DNA from: Catajapyx aquilonaris
Taxonomy: Eukaryota
NCBI GenBank assembly: GCA_000934665.2
Contig: JYFJ02000877.1
Location: 1-64,000, forward strand
Reading direction: 5' to 3'
Length of the DNA stretch: 64,000 nt
This document shows, piece by piece, positions 25,061 to 37,950 of this stretch. Each line of letters begins with the position of its first letter. Position 1 is the first letter of the stretch. Below the pieces are notes generated by a model. It was not told where the DNA came from. It did no database searches and saw only the letters and a program-made list of their open reading frames with translations. The position numbers and the translations under genes are program-made.

Positions 25061-25512
25061 ATTAATAATAATAATGTTCATTACCCAGCCCTTGAGTACA
25101 TTTCTTGTGGGCGGGGGATCTCCACTTAAACAATCATACACTGTAGGTAGACTCCAATGCTAATCCAATGTCAGAAAAATGGCACAAGCATCACGAAAGA
25201 ATCGGCACATCAGTTGAAATAAACAAAATTCAAGTGTTAATAGACAAGTGTACGTATGTCAGTTGGAGAAATTGGTCAGAAAGGAGTCTATATCTCATAG
25301 GTGGAAAAAGTGGACAACTGTAAATAACGCGGAACAGATCAAAATTTTGTTGATGCTACGAAGAGTGCCGAGTTCATCCGGCGTAAACATGAATGTGTAT
25401 TTACAGTAGGCTATTGATCCCAATCTTGAGCTATTTGTTCCTCAGGTTCACTAGCAATCGTAAAATACTAAAGGAAGGAAGGTTGCAAAATAATATTCCC
25501 TAAAATAATAAT

Positions 25513-25516
<4 letters not shown>

Positions 25517-25549
<33 letters not shown>

Positions 25550-25840
25550 TTTGCTGCCCCGAACTGGAGCCATTGGCTCCCTTAGGGGGTGGGATACCAC
25601 CATTTTTTCTTACGAATTTTTTTCTTTCGCTTTTTTTTCTCTCTCCGATGCATGGATCAGGATAGGGATTTGTGAGGAGGGAACACTGGTGCAAGTGCGT
25701 TGTCTTTATGCTAGGGGTCGTGTGCAGTCCCCCCAGGGGGTCACGTTGCAAGACAACCCCCTGGGTGCGGGTCAGAAAGCCCACACCGACACCACACCTC
25801 CCCATGGATGGGTCAAGGGTAGGAAAGGAAGGCTGTGGCC

Positions 25841-25842
<2 letters not shown>
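25517..25842 (-). mobile_element. 5'-truncated SINE-A 3' part carrying a ~200-bp extra segment
   Basis: Matches the SINE-A tail (GGCTCCCTTAGGGGGTGG...ACCACCAT and GGAAGGCTGTGGCCTA), with a unique segment at ~25605-25802 between the two blocks. (TTTA)n tail. Confidence 0.7.

Positions 25843-25917
<75 letters not shown>
25843..25917. repeat. (TAA)n microsatellite
   Basis: Perfect trinucleotide run. Confidence 0.97.
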
Positions 25918-25918
<1 letters not shown>

Positions 25919-25939
25919 TTTTATTAGTGAGCCTTGATT

Positions 25940-26200
25940 GGGACTGACGGTGGCGGAGTGGTTAGCGCCACAGCCTTCCACCTCTAAGGTCCCGAGTTCG
26001 ATCCCCGGGTCGGACGGAGGATATTTATGTGGATAGTTTCAATGGGTTCTCTCCGTGTTCGCGTGGGTTTTCTCGGGGTTCTCCCGTTTCCCCCCACAAT
26101 CAAAATCCATCACAGCGCAGGCAATGATTAAAGACGGTTCACGAAAAGATGATCCCCTAAGAGGCCCAAGGAGGCCTATCACGGGGTATCCATTGTTATC

Positions 26201-26283
<83 letters not shown>
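25940..26283 (+). mobile_element. tRNA-derived SINE (family B) with V-domain-like core and (TTA)n tail
   Basis: A box TGGCGGAGTGG, B box GAGTTCGATCCCC. The core GTTCTCTCCGTGTTCGCGTGGGTTTTCTCGGGGTTCTCCCGTTTCC resembles the V-SINE central domain. Second copy at 55163. Confidence 0.9.
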
Positions 26284-26284
<1 letters not shown>

Positions 26285-26548
26285 TATATTTTTTATTTAT
26301 TTATCATACCCCGTGCTAGAGCCTTTGGCTCCCTTAGGGGGGTGGATTACCACCATTGGATGGGACCAGGGATAGGGAAGGAAGGAAGCGGCTGTGGCCT
26401 ATTTTTACGGAACCGACCCCGGAATTGGCCTGAGGGGGACCATGGAAAACCACAGAAAACCATGGTCTGGGTCGCCAACCCCGGGATTCGAACCCAGGAC
26501 CTCCCGATTAGCAGGCGGGCTCCTTATCCCCTACACCAACCGGCTTCG

Positions 26549-26550
<2 letters not shown>
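26285..26550 (-). mobile_element. SINE family A, full length
   Basis: Reverse-complement homolog of 15679-15908, bracketed by (TTA)n on both sides (second run 26550-26632). Confidence 0.9.
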
Positions 26551-26632
<82 letters not shown>

Positions 26633-27289
26633 GCGACTTACTGACTTGCTCTAAGCGAGGTCCTTTTGTATTGAATTATCAATAATAATATTCTTAAGAC
26701 TATACAAATATATGTTCCGGAAACGTCCGGTACATCATGAATCAGTGGTTTAATAGTTAATCCAGATTTCGCGTCCATGAAATGCAATCCGTTTGGAAAA
26801 AATAGTTGAAAAAATATAATGGAGGGTTTTCTTGTAAATTATTGAGGGGTTTATTGACTTTTTTCAGTAATTTGATTGATAGTGGATAGGTGACGACGAC
26901 CAGTTTTTAGTCGAACAAAATATCCAGTGGCATTTATTGGCGAGTTTTTAAAATCATGTTTGCATCTATTCAAGTTGATAATGTGCTGTGACGCCCAAAT
27001 ATTTGCATTATACATGACAGTAGGGTTACCTGCTTGTCGAAAAGTTGTTTTTGTTTTTGCATAATAATCGGGCGTAAACAAGTTCAATAAAACGGGACTT
27101 AAGCATTCTCCCTGTGAGAAGCTGAAGCTGTGAGAAGCTTTGTAAGAAGCTGAAAAATGATTGAGATCTTTTCTGTGCTTTGCATGTGCAAAAGTGTGTG
27201 CCGTGCATCATGACACTTATTGTGTTCCATGCTATAAAAGGCCGCGTCGCACATATACGTAGTATGCAGTTGATGGCGATTTTGTGATT

Positions 27290-27569
27290 ATAATAATTCA
27301 TACCCCGTTTATATCAGCCATCGGCTCTTTAGGGGGGTTTGTTTTGCCTGGAACTTTTTGCTTTCATTTTACTGCGCTCTTTGGGATAGGATAGGGACGG
27401 AAGGAAGCGGCTGTGGCCTATTAATTACGGAAGCAACTCCGGAATTTTCCTGGAAGGACCGTGGGAAACCACAGAAAACCACGGTCAGAGTTGCCGGCCC
27501 CGGGATTCGAACCCAGGACCTCCCGATTAGCAGTCGGACGCCTTATCCACTATGCCAACCTGCTTCGGT
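27290..27569 (-). mobile_element. SINE family A
   Basis: Homologous to 26285-26550 (GGGATTCGAACCCAGGACCTCCCGATTAGCAG). Confidence 0.9.
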
Positions 27570-28570
27570 ACAAAAAATTATATAAGGAGCTGCTACATAA
27601 TTATATACGCCTGAAACTTTTATAGGCCTACCGGTATCTAGTCAGCTAATCACTTTTCACTTGCATTGTGAGATACCTATATGTTTTGTGGTAACTTTGT
27701 GCTGAGGAATTGTGACATATAAATTTCAGAATGAGGAAAACTGCACGAATATTCTCACAATAATGACCTGATAACAGTTAAGTTTCATACAGACTAGGGT
27801 GTGGCTGTGCTCGGCTGTGCGAGCATGCATCCATCAGACGCTCAGGTATCTGACACCCCAAACCGAAACATTCTTCCCATCCGACAAGGCAGTAAATTAA
27901 TGCGGACGTTTTGGATCGAACAGGAGAGTCGACTTGATGCGGTGTGAGAATTTGCAAAATTTTGTGCGAACAAAGTGTGTGTTAATAAAACCATAGACTC
28001 TGCGTGGGCCTTTGCCAAGAGATGTCATGAACTATGGCTTAACACGTCTGAAGTGTGAGACGTTCCTATTTGTTTGATTCAAATTCAGGGCAGCCACTGC
28101 TTTTAATTGCAAAAAAGTTGATAAGGCTTTTATGACGCCTCCTGATGAGCATCTTTAAGTTGAAGGGAATGCTAACCTGAGTTTAGCTCCTACCCTTGAC
28201 CATTCTATGATATCAAGCCACTCTGTTGGAATCCTTTTTGATGAATTTTAATTATAGGTGCACTGAGACCTCATGGCGAGATTGCTTTTCGGAAGTTGGT
28301 ATGCAAAGATCATCTTGTCGTTTTAATGTTGCTGTTGCTGCCTGCTGCAACTTGATAGCTCCTAATTTCCACTCTTGTCCCGTCTGCGAAGGCAATTAGC
28401 TATAAACTTGTATCCTCCAGGTCATAATCAAGTAGTGATGTGTTCAGCTCTCAACCATGTGGCTCTTCGTGCAATTTGCCTTGCTTTCCACGTTGAGAAA
28501 AGTCACCACTCCTGGGCTTCGACGTCTAGGATTCGTTTCTGCCATTTGCTGCCGTATTATACACCATATA

Positions 28571-29320
28571 CAGCCGGGCGTTTCACTAGGTAGGTAGGTC
28601 TCCCCCNNNNNCCCCCCCCCCCCCCAGGTATATTTTTCTTCATACTCTACCTAGAAGCGGGTTAGGTTATAAATGAACCTTGGTTCATGGGAATGTAGAA
28701 CCATTCACACACACAAAATGCTGGAATTGACCTTCAACAACCATCTCCATACACACTCGAACGCTACGCGACGCGAATCGCTTAATAATATTATCGCAGG
28801 TCCTCCGGAGCATATCGACAACAATAGTGTGGATTGCTGCACTGAGTGTGTTGGACCAATACGGTGGCTGATGACCTCATTTAGGGGAATGAAAAATTAA
28901 AAAAATGTAGCACAGGTTGCAGGCATCACCGAAAATGTCACTGCGATATTTTGTTACAAGAAACTGGGTATTTTGTTTCCACCTGCCAAAGAGCTGCAAA
29001 TGGGGATATTTGAAGACTTGTGGTTACAACAATATGCCTCGAGGTTAGAAGACATGGAAAGCAACATCAGTGCAGCAATCCAGACTCTTGTTGAGGATAT
29101 GCTGCGGAGGACCTGCGATAATAATACGATTTGTGTCGCGCCGCGTTCGAGTGTGTATGAAGGTCGTTGAAGGTCAATTCCGGCAATTATTGTGAATGGT
29201 GATACATTCCCATGAACTACGGAAAGTTTTAAACTAACAGTCATGTTTCTAGGTAGAGTGGGGGAAAAATATATTATATATAGCTGATTCTTTGTGGGGA
29301 CTACCTAGTGAAACACCCTG
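28571..29320. mobile_element. Tc1/mariner-derived foldback made of two inverted transposase 3' ends
   Basis: The right part encodes WGYLKT, LEDMESNISAAIQTLVEDMLRR and RVRVCMKVVEGQFRQLL* (29001-29195) and ends GAAACACCCTG-TA. 28571-28845 is a diverged inverted copy of ~29068-29320. Confidence 0.8.
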
Positions 29321-30449
29321 TACTATAAATGCAACTTGCCTTTGGGATATTCCGGAGAAGCCTGTCTAGGAAGCGTAACCCGGGACCAACTGAAACCTTT
29401 TTCCAATGAGGAGAAAAGATTGTTTTTCATTCCCATCCACTTACTGATTTTGAGTGCACTAAGAACAAAACGAAATGCTGCATTAACTCGATTTATTGCC
29501 GTCTTTTTCTGCCGGCAGCTCGGAATTTGCAAAAGTTGTTTTTAAAGTATGGATGAAAACAATATACTCTCGCTTTCTGGCACTTTTTAAAAACTTATTA
29601 ATGACTAGGTCGCACCATCCTGATGGCTTGACACAAACCAAGGAAAGTACGAAGGATCGCTGTTGAACTCAGGTGGCAGTGTTCCTTTTTATAACCCACA
29701 CATAGTCTGATGTACTGTACGTTGTCCTTTCGAGAAGTTACTTCGTTTTAACGTGCCCTATTACGACCACACTGAATCATTTGTATTCACCAGATTCCAG
29801 GCTGGAACATGAGAGGACTAAGTTATTTAGTCACTCCCGACAGGATGTTAAGGAAGTGACCTCCGGAGGTTCACCCATCTTTTTTCTTCTGCCAAGTAGT
29901 TTGTCTACGTAAGCCTTATTTTTTAAACCTATTTTATAGTCCTTGAGAACTGTTGGCATCATCGATTTTTTCTGATTTGTGAAGAGCAACTTGCAAATTG
30001 ATCTGAGTTCTTCTTGAAGCGTGCTTCTTCTGCTTCAAGGGATCCATTGTACACCGCTGCGCTCGACCAAGCTGTTTTGCCTTATTGCTTTTCACAATGT
30101 TTTTTTTGTGTGTGTGTGTTGCTCACTTCTGGAAGTCTGCATCTATCTTTTGCAACTTCTTTTGACGGGAAGGACGCCTGTAGTGCTTTTGAAATGCGCT
30201 ACCGACCCGCTCCAATAATTCCACACTGTAAAATGTATCTCTCTTGGAAGTAGATCGAGGCTGCCGATACATTTTTATATAATTTAATAACATTAACTTA
30301 TGAAATACGATCAAGTTAGGTTAATTTCTCCACGAGTAAACCCGCCACGAAAACCTTAGCCTTGCATCGATTTAATATTATTGAATGTGGTCTCAATTTT
30401 TTGAAGTTCCAACGACTTATGTTGGTGATAAGGTGAGGTTATTACTAAG

Positions 30450-32600
30450 TTAACTTGGGAAGAGAACCGCATAATACCCACAGCAGGTCGAACTTGCTGA
30501 GTGGTGAGAGTATTACTACCCTCGCTAGCTCCTTTCCTTTTTTTCCGGGGAAGAGGAGGGTGGGGAATGTGGCTAGGAGAGTAAACCAGAAGCCCCTGGT
30601 ACCGCAGCCATTGTGGACCTTTGTCAGCAAGTTGGCGGCTTGGGTTTTGTTCTTAACTGATGGGATTGCGGCAGCACCGTGTGCTCATCAGTGGCCAGAG
30701 GAAAGAATTCTACCGTCTTCCGACTCGGGGAAATAGAATCCAGAGTGCTCCACAGCACTTGCTCCAAAGTGCCAAACACAGTTCCCGCTCAAAGAGCCAA
30801 AGTTGGGGAATGGATTAGGGGAGATTACCCGTCAAGCAGCTGTTCAACTTAGATTCTATTTATTTATTTGAAACTTCCTTCGAAAGGTTGACGGAAGAGT
30901 GAATTTTGTGCCTTATTAGTCCCAGAGCTGGAGATTATATTTTTGTACATTTTGGACCAGTGACTAGTTTTGCTTGTATAGTAAAACCACTCTATGCTGG
31001 ACACTCGCTGTTCCAAAATGTCCAACATATTGAGGTGTTATCCGGTGTTGATGTCCTGCTTCACAGGTTTCACTGTACAATATTAATGTGACCTAAGCGC
31101 AGTGATATTGTACCTGGCGACATTTTAGGGGACATGTAAATGCCAAGTTTCTCTACCTGCAGAACTCCATGGTTGAGTTTTGCCAAGCATGGGCTCAGCC
31201 ACCATTAGATGAAAGTTAGTGAGTTTCCAACGTGACACCACTTCCGCTTAAACGGACTTTCTTTCACCCTTTACGCTAGAGCCCGGCGTTAATTTATTCA
31301 AACGATCCTACAATCAGAGGGCCTCATTAACAGGAGCCGTTTCAGATGGCAGAATTGACAGTAACGGTGGCCGTAAGGTGAAGGTGACTCGCTTTAGATT
31401 GCCAGGAGTTGGGTTTATGTACGTGGTACAGAGTTTTCAGGGTAGGAGAAGGCGCCTTGATTTGGAGAGCCGGTTCCTTAGCTACACAGAAGGACGATCA
31501 TTTTATTCCCTAGGGTCTCCAAAGAGGTGAGTTTTAATCACACGAGTGCAGCTTGGCGTTTTTCTGGGTAAAAAAGGGGTCTGGTGAAACCATTTCTTCG
31601 GCGCTCCGTCTGCCGCCGACAAGTTTAATCGAGGCTCCGGACATTAAAAGGAATCACTGACGTATATGGCCAACCGTTTCAGTGCCCCCTTTCAGGAGAC
31701 CTTCTGGGAGTTAGTTGCTATGGTGCGCGTCATTCAAGTTTAGAGGCATGACTCTGTGATGTTCAGCTGCTAGGGGCGATTTATGTTGCCCACATTAATG
31801 TGTGTGGAGCCCATACCTGCATGCGTGTCACATATGCACCGTACGCATGAGGGAGTATGTTGCTGAATATATTATTAACATTAGTTTTACCTTCGTTAAG
31901 TGGGGGCCAGGGCTGTAATGTGTGAACCGAATTACATAGTGTCAAAACGGCAGTTGATGAGGCTCTACTCTACTTACTAGTCTAATATTGCCATGTCCAA
32001 ACTTTGTTAAAGTTTTAATTTTTAACTCTTGGCTAGAACTTGCCAAAGTATCTAATGAACTTTGGTCTTAAAAAGTGAAGCTGTACGCCAAGCCTTTCAG
32101 TCTTGATAAGAAAAGTTGAAGATTTTACTGTCGAACCTTATACTTTGTCATATCCCCTTTTTGCTGCCGTAGAATCCATTTTAGGTGTGGTAGTGGAGAC
32201 TTGAACCAGACGTGTGATGACGGTGCGGTGGTTTGGTGACAAAGTTGTCAAGTATTGGGAATAGAGCAAGTGATCCTTACTCGATAGAAGGGAATATTCA
32301 TCATAATTATGCGGCATCTCATTCCCCCCTGAGAAAGTTCAAGTCGTAATTATTTAAATATAACGATCAGCGGTAGACAGACTACATCCCATTTATGGCC
32401 CGAGTGACATACAGTATCGTGTGAGAATATTTCTTCACCACTTGACTTTCTGGCCACGCCACGTGAGGAAATTACGACAACTGTACGCCAATCACTGCAC
32501 GTTTTTTCACAGGAAAGAGGGATTTGGATTAAATGAGGGCATATGCTCAGGGACGTTGTGAGAATATCCCATGAGCCGAGAGCTCGTCACTGTGCATCGT
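30450..32600 (-). mobile_element. Decayed DIRS-like RT-RNaseH-MT
   Basis: RT: SLFPVKKR/SDWRTVV, RVMPLNLNDA, RLAIYVSDSF (YLDD site), PEK...LETLG. RNaseH end: AIPSVKN...ANLLTK. MT-like: ATFPTLL...ELARVVILSP. Confidence 0.55.
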
Positions 32601-33012
32601 GATATGTGCCCTTCCATTGCACTAGTGTGATAAGATTATTTTGCTATCTGCATATCACCTATGAATGCATCAGTGGAACGAGTGGGTTGTGAAGCATTGG
32701 ACTATGTTGAGAAATGGAAATATTATTACAGCCTTATACCAGTGCTTGTATAATCATTAGCAGAGTCTAGGGCACAAGAGCACTATATTGATCGGGTGTG
32801 TGGCATATAATTATGAAAATAACGTCAATTAGAGCATTTTAACGCACTGCAAATTTGAATGCCTTTGTACTTGGCAACTACAACATAACCACTCTGTTTA
32901 AAGTTTGACACGTCAGTTACATCAATAATTGAATGCTTGCAGCTCGACCATCAGATATTTATGGGTGATTTCCATATTTAACATATTTTACACAAATGCT
33001 TCATAATAATAT

Positions 33013-33080
33013 CCGACCCGGGGATCGAACTCGGGGCCTCGGAGGTGTCAGGCTGGAGCGTTAATCACTATGCCATCGCG
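33013..33080 (-). mobile_element. SINE family B head fragment
   Basis: The reverse complement contains TGGCATAGTG...CCCCGAGTTCGATCCCCGGGTCGG, as in the family-B head. Confidence 0.75.
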
Positions 33081-33624
33081 CTTAATGAAGCAGCCTAGCT
33101 ATCACGCCGGCATCTATTGCATGACGCCGCACACAGTTTTGCCAAAGTTACAATATTTTATACGGCGCTTTGGCAAAACTGTGTCGGCTATGCGGGCCCT
33201 CCAGATAAATTTGACCCTTGCAACTCTTATCCAGCGCTTTCATCAGAGGGGATGCATGTTTCCACGCCTCTTTTTTTAAATCTGACACGGAATTCGTTCA
33301 AATAAGGTAATCTTCCACTCGACGGATGATGCATCTGGTCCAGCGACTTTTCTTTCAATCCCAAAAACGGATCAATGCAGCTTTTACAGCCCACATTGCC
33401 CAACAGCTTCGCATAGCGAAGGTGCGACACCATTCCGGCCTGACTTGCACACATGCAGGTTCTCAATATCGCCGGCAATAAGGAGAAAGGGCGAATAGAC
33501 CATTTTTCAGAAAATGGCGAAAATGCGTATTTTAAGGTGAAATCGCCCACCGCAGGTTTTGGTGAAAGGACAAATGTGTAGGTGGAATAGTGAGCATACA
33601 GTGATACTTTATTTGTGAGGACTA

Positions 33625-35025
33625 CGAGGGCCAATCGAAAGAAATTGAGACTAATTTTTTATATGCTAAAGAGAATTAGTTCATGACTTGCGATGAATGG
33701 CATCGTGTCCAGAATGGATTAAAGTATTAGAACACCAATTCTTGTTCGAATATTCCACGATCCCAGGCGATGGTGACACCGGAAGTAGGCCTATGTTCAT
33801 ATTCGCCTTCGCTGCCAGGAGGTGGGCCGTTTTGCTGACATTTGATGACAACAACGAAGGATGCATAATAATACTAAGATATGGCGAAGATGTGTCCGAC
33901 ATCATTCCGATCGTGCAAGGCATTCACCAAGGGTGCGACTTTGAAGGACACAAGTTTGCATATTCCCATCAGAGTTCTTACAGAGGAGATCATTAACACC
34001 ACATGTGCCAGCCCCCAGTCTCTCCCCATACCAGTATGCATTGCTACCCCCGTGAGATTAGCTAATCTCCCTCACCGAGGGGGATTGGCCACGGAGCCGT
34101 ATACTCATGCAGGTCACTCGCAATCGACAAAGTCGATTGACGTCAAAATGACGTCGCCAATTCTTCTCGCCCTGCCCTGGTCATCATTGGCGACGTCATT
34201 TTGACTTTGTCGATTGCGAGTGACCTTGATGAGTATACCGCTCACGGTCGCGCGGTCGGCGAGAGAGTCAACTGCCTAGAAGATGGTCACGCCTTACCTA
34301 GAGGGGCAATTGAACCATTAGGGTCGACTCCTATTGGCTGGCCTCCTTGGGCCACAACATGGCTTTCCACATGAGGCCTTTAAGACTCCAGCCAATCGGA
34401 GTCAACCCTAATGGTTCAGAATTGCCCCGCTAAGTAAGGCGTGACCATCTAGGCAGTTGACTCTAGCGCCGACCGCGCGACCGTGGCCAATCCCCCTCGG
34501 TGCGCGGTGGGGGAAATCAGGTAAGCTCATGCGAAAAGAGGGAGAGTGACTGGGGCCTGACATGTGCAGTGATTGTCGGGGAAGATCACCGCATAACTGT
34601 CTATGACCTTGCCAGAATGATTGATACCTCTAGTGGTAGTGCCCACACGATTTTGCATTGTTGCGTTTGCACTTGATGCAATGGAGGTTCGCGAAGAGTT
34701 GCAACGTCTTGTGGCATCACATGGGGATCAGTATCTGCTGTTCACAATCTTAGCATGTCTTACACCTTTGTGGCTATTTTATCCCAATGCAATGGCAGCA
34801 AAACCTCAACGTTGAATATTGGTCCTCACCACCGCACCGACCTCCTTGCAGAGCGGAGGTAAATGTGAACCGTCCCGACGCCTGGGATCGTGGAATATTC
34901 GAACAAAACTTGGTGGTCTAATACTTCAATTCATTCTGGACATGATGCCATTCATTCGCAAGTCGTGAGTTAATTCTCTTTATCAAATAAAAAAATCCGT
35001 CTCAATTTCTTTTGACTGGCCCTTG
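33625..35025. mobile_element. Large foldback element with mariner-like termini
   Basis: TA-CGAGGGCCAATCGAAAGAAATTGAGAC ... GTCTCAATTTCTTTTGACTGGCCCTTG-TA. Arms align for ~150 bp at the ends and again at 34073-34502, with patchy similarity between. Confidence 0.85.
34094..34243. mobile_element. Hairpin MITE nested in one arm of the foldback
   Basis: GAGCCGTATACTCAT...ATGAGTATACCGCTC, flanked by ACG/ACG (or by CACGG if the boundaries shift). The opposite arm shows the empty site TGGCCACGGTCGCG. Confidence 0.88.
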
Positions 35026-36013
35026 TACTTGCAACCTATTTTTGCCTCTCCTGTAAAATTTATAAAATGGTCTATTCGCCATTTCTCCTTGCTGCCGACA
35101 ATATCTGCGGGGTAGCTGGCATTGATTGTTGTCTGCCCTCCATCCATGAATTGCTAATAAAATACAGGGTAATGTAACAGGAATATCGGCCAGCATTTTC
35201 GATTGGCCGGAAGCATTATGAAAAGTTGAGGTCTGCGGTACCGTACACATCATTTCTACCTGAGTCATTGTTTGCTATTATTGTAGACTGTGACTGCTGG
35301 AAGGTATCTTACTAACGCGCATTTATTCGCTTGGCTTTTTATACAACTACTTGCAGTGAATACCCTGAACAATTATGCAGGAAACAGAGAATCATATATA
35401 TGTGGTAACAATGTACAGAATTTCACCTAACTTTATGCATGTCGAAGGAAAATTCTTTCGATTGCCGCACGTTTTAAACAGCCTTTTTGTGACATTACAG
35501 GTGCTCCTGTGGCAAGCACTTTGGTTACCAAGAAGACTCCCATAGAGGAAGGTAGGGATGATAAATTATTTTGAAACAACTAACTGATACATCATATGAG
35601 CGGTTATTGTGTCGGGGTTAAAAGGGCAACTCATTCAGAAACTATTCATTCCACGTCAGTTCAGTCCAATAATGCAAAAAAAAATTGATGAATCGACCGT
35701 AGCAGATGCTGTAATGAAAAAACAAGTGTCTCTTAATTTGTTCATTCCTTAATTTGCTTTCATGCAACCGGGCCTTTGATTTTTAATTCCCGAAGTGGAT
35801 GCCTCACCAAAGCAAGGCTTGTACTCATACTGCATCAAATATACAGTATACGCCAGAGCGTAATTTCATAATTTCAAGGGGGGTCTTTTGCGTCGAATAA
35901 GTGGGTCTATGTTGAAAAGTTTGAGAACCATAGCTCTAGGCGAATGAAAGTCTCTGATGTAATTGAACGACAGCCTGCTAGAACCGTTACTGTTATTATG
36001 CATGCAGATTAAG

Positions 36014-36242
36014 CTCTACACTTTCATTCTGGTTACCTCTAATCGGAGTCAAATTATTGGAAAAAAGTGACCCCTGTGGAGGAGTAACATGTTACCTCTA
36101 TATGGCTCATATATGACACATTGTCTGCAATAGAGGAACATGAGTCGAAATCATGATGTTACTTCTATAATAGGAGTAACACTGATGTTTTACTAATACC
36201 CGTATCGCATTGTGGAGGTAACTATCAGAGTAAAGTTGAGAG
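36014..36242. mobile_element. Degenerate MITE with internal GTTACCTCT/GAGTAAC repeats
   Basis: CTCTACACTTTCATTCTGGTTACCTC versus GAGGTAACTATCAGAGTAAAGTTGAGAG, with several internal copies of the motif in both orientations. Confidence 0.45.
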
Positions 36243-36549
36243 TGAGTATTGTCTTAGGAATGTCTGCAACTAGAGGCTTGTCTGGTTCTTCAAATATAGG
36301 TCTATGCAGATGTTAAATAAATACATAGCCTTCGTGTAATACCTGCTCAATAATGTATTAAGCCTAACATGAATAGTTATATTATTTCTAAAGGGGCGGC
36401 GATAAAAATAGCCCGAATTCCTGTAAAAACCATCGAACATGCCGAAGCAGAGATGAGGCCAGGAATACGTGGACGAATGTGAAGCTTGAGGAATGTGCAG
36501 TGAGCACGCACGGCCTTCACGTATGAATTCGGGGGATGTGCAGATAGGG

Positions 36550-37950
36550 GTGGAGGGACAATTTAATTAGGCTTGGTAGAAATCCCAGAGTGTTTGCTGG
36601 TGACAGCCTACTGGCTTTTACCCTGTACGAAATAGGTGTGCTGGCCAGCGCACAGGGAGAGTGGGAGGGAACTGCACAAAATCCGGGACCCGGGAAAGGC
36701 ATGTTAATGTGGATGGGAAACGGCCACTGTGTTGATGCGAGGAAAGTGAGTGCAGGTGCAAGATGGCCCACGCTCCATTCAGGCCAGCTACCCGTCCCAT
36801 GTTCATTCCGTGGCTTCCTGCTATTCATTTGACCACAAAGACTACACTCTAACCAAACACTCACTCCATGGTGTAGGCCGTGGGAAGGGTATAGGTCAGA
36901 TCACTTCTTAAAGAGGCTCTATCCACCTTGTGGAAAGCTGTTGAATGTAGCCGCTGCAGGCCATCAGCTCAACAGCTCTTTATGGAATCTACGTAGCTCA
37001 ACTTGAAGAGGATGCATCATATTGTAATGGAGCTTGTTGAGCTAGACTAGTGGTACTACGGGTACCGAAACATTTGTGGGACCGTGGCGACATTATGTCA
37101 TATAGGGCTGATGTGTCATTTAAACCACATGCAGAGCACATCCGGTTACTAGCAGATACGCGTATCTTGGGTTCTTTTCATTTCTTTCTGTTTGTCCCGC
37201 AATAACTGAACTAGTCATTTGGTCTTCAGAATGGAAAAATATATTGTATACTCGAATTTGATCCTCCAACAAAGGATAGACCTCTGAGCTCCGTATTTAA
37301 CTTTTAAATTGTGCTTTTTTAGGGTTAAGTATCTAGATATGACTATGAGGGTAATTCTAAATTTACTTGCACTTTTCAAAGTTTTCCAGAGTAATTTTTT
37401 GTTACATTTCAGTCACAAATATTGCATTATGTGGAGGTGTAACGTTTGAAGTTAAGCAAATACTCGTAGCTGAAATCAGAGCTAAATGTTGGTTATGTAG
37501 ACCAGCAGACCTTTTAGATCACGTGTAGGTGTATAAATCTGTAACCTCCGTTGCCGGACAGAAACCTGCACCTCCTCCCCACCGCACACCTTCCGCCAGA
37601 TGGTGCGCCACCATCCCGGAGTTTTCGCCCCCGTCATATTCGCTCCGGGCAGGGACAATTTCTCCCCAGCGCCAGTGTACATCTCAGCAGCATTTTGGAC
37701 AGCCGTTCTTAGTTTTGGAAATAAGAGAAAATGTTAGCACTGGGTGACCTTGGATGTGTTTGGAACTCCCGTTGTTAAGGGAGACGCATCCTACGTGCAT
37801 AAAAATAATTGTTCCAATTGACAAATAATTCATGGAATGCTCAAGGACAGTTAATACAATATTAGAGCCACAATAACGTTCGTTGGCCTGAGGCGCCACG
37901 CGGCGGCGGACAGTAAGAAGTGTTGTGGGTACAAAAACGCACAATAAGCA
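36550..37950 (-). mobile_element. Decayed Ngaro-like RT-RNaseH-YR start
   Basis: RT end: VAPQANE...GSNIVLTVLE. Junction: GWWRTIW, LQIYTPTRDLKG (YTDAS..G site). YR N-terminus: FCAVPSHSP...RLSPANTLGFL. Confidence 0.45.

Larger units (their letters stand above)
26860..29850 (-). mobile_element. Decayed Ty3/Gypsy pol split by a Tc1-like MITE and a SINE
   Basis: RT: VIGHV, LRTFLGLCQ. RNaseH end: RQIARRATWL...PGGYKFIANCLRR. Integrase and C-terminus: QVSIPFNLK...HKS, MFRFGVSDT*ASDG, SQLQLLTGRMLKSR, GYFVRLKTGR. Confidence 0.65.

Noticed and set aside
25551..26654. ORFs with poly-Ile/poly-Leu tracts (also poly-Glu at 58302 and poly-Pro/Gly at 4249-4685)
   Set aside because: They are translations of microsatellites and SINEs.
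28607..28611. N bases (also 4533, 16269, 56951)
   Set aside because: All lie in or beside poly-C/G runs and reflect sequencing ambiguity rather than biology.
31300..31800. Enhancer-like motif cluster (TGACAG, E-boxes); similar at 56530-56620 and 57370-57500
   Set aside because: These stretches fall within DIRS-like coding remnants, and short motifs are expected by chance.
37593..37606. CTCF-like motif CCGCCAGATGGTGC
   Set aside because: A single short match inside a retroelement remnant; not supportable without ChIP data.
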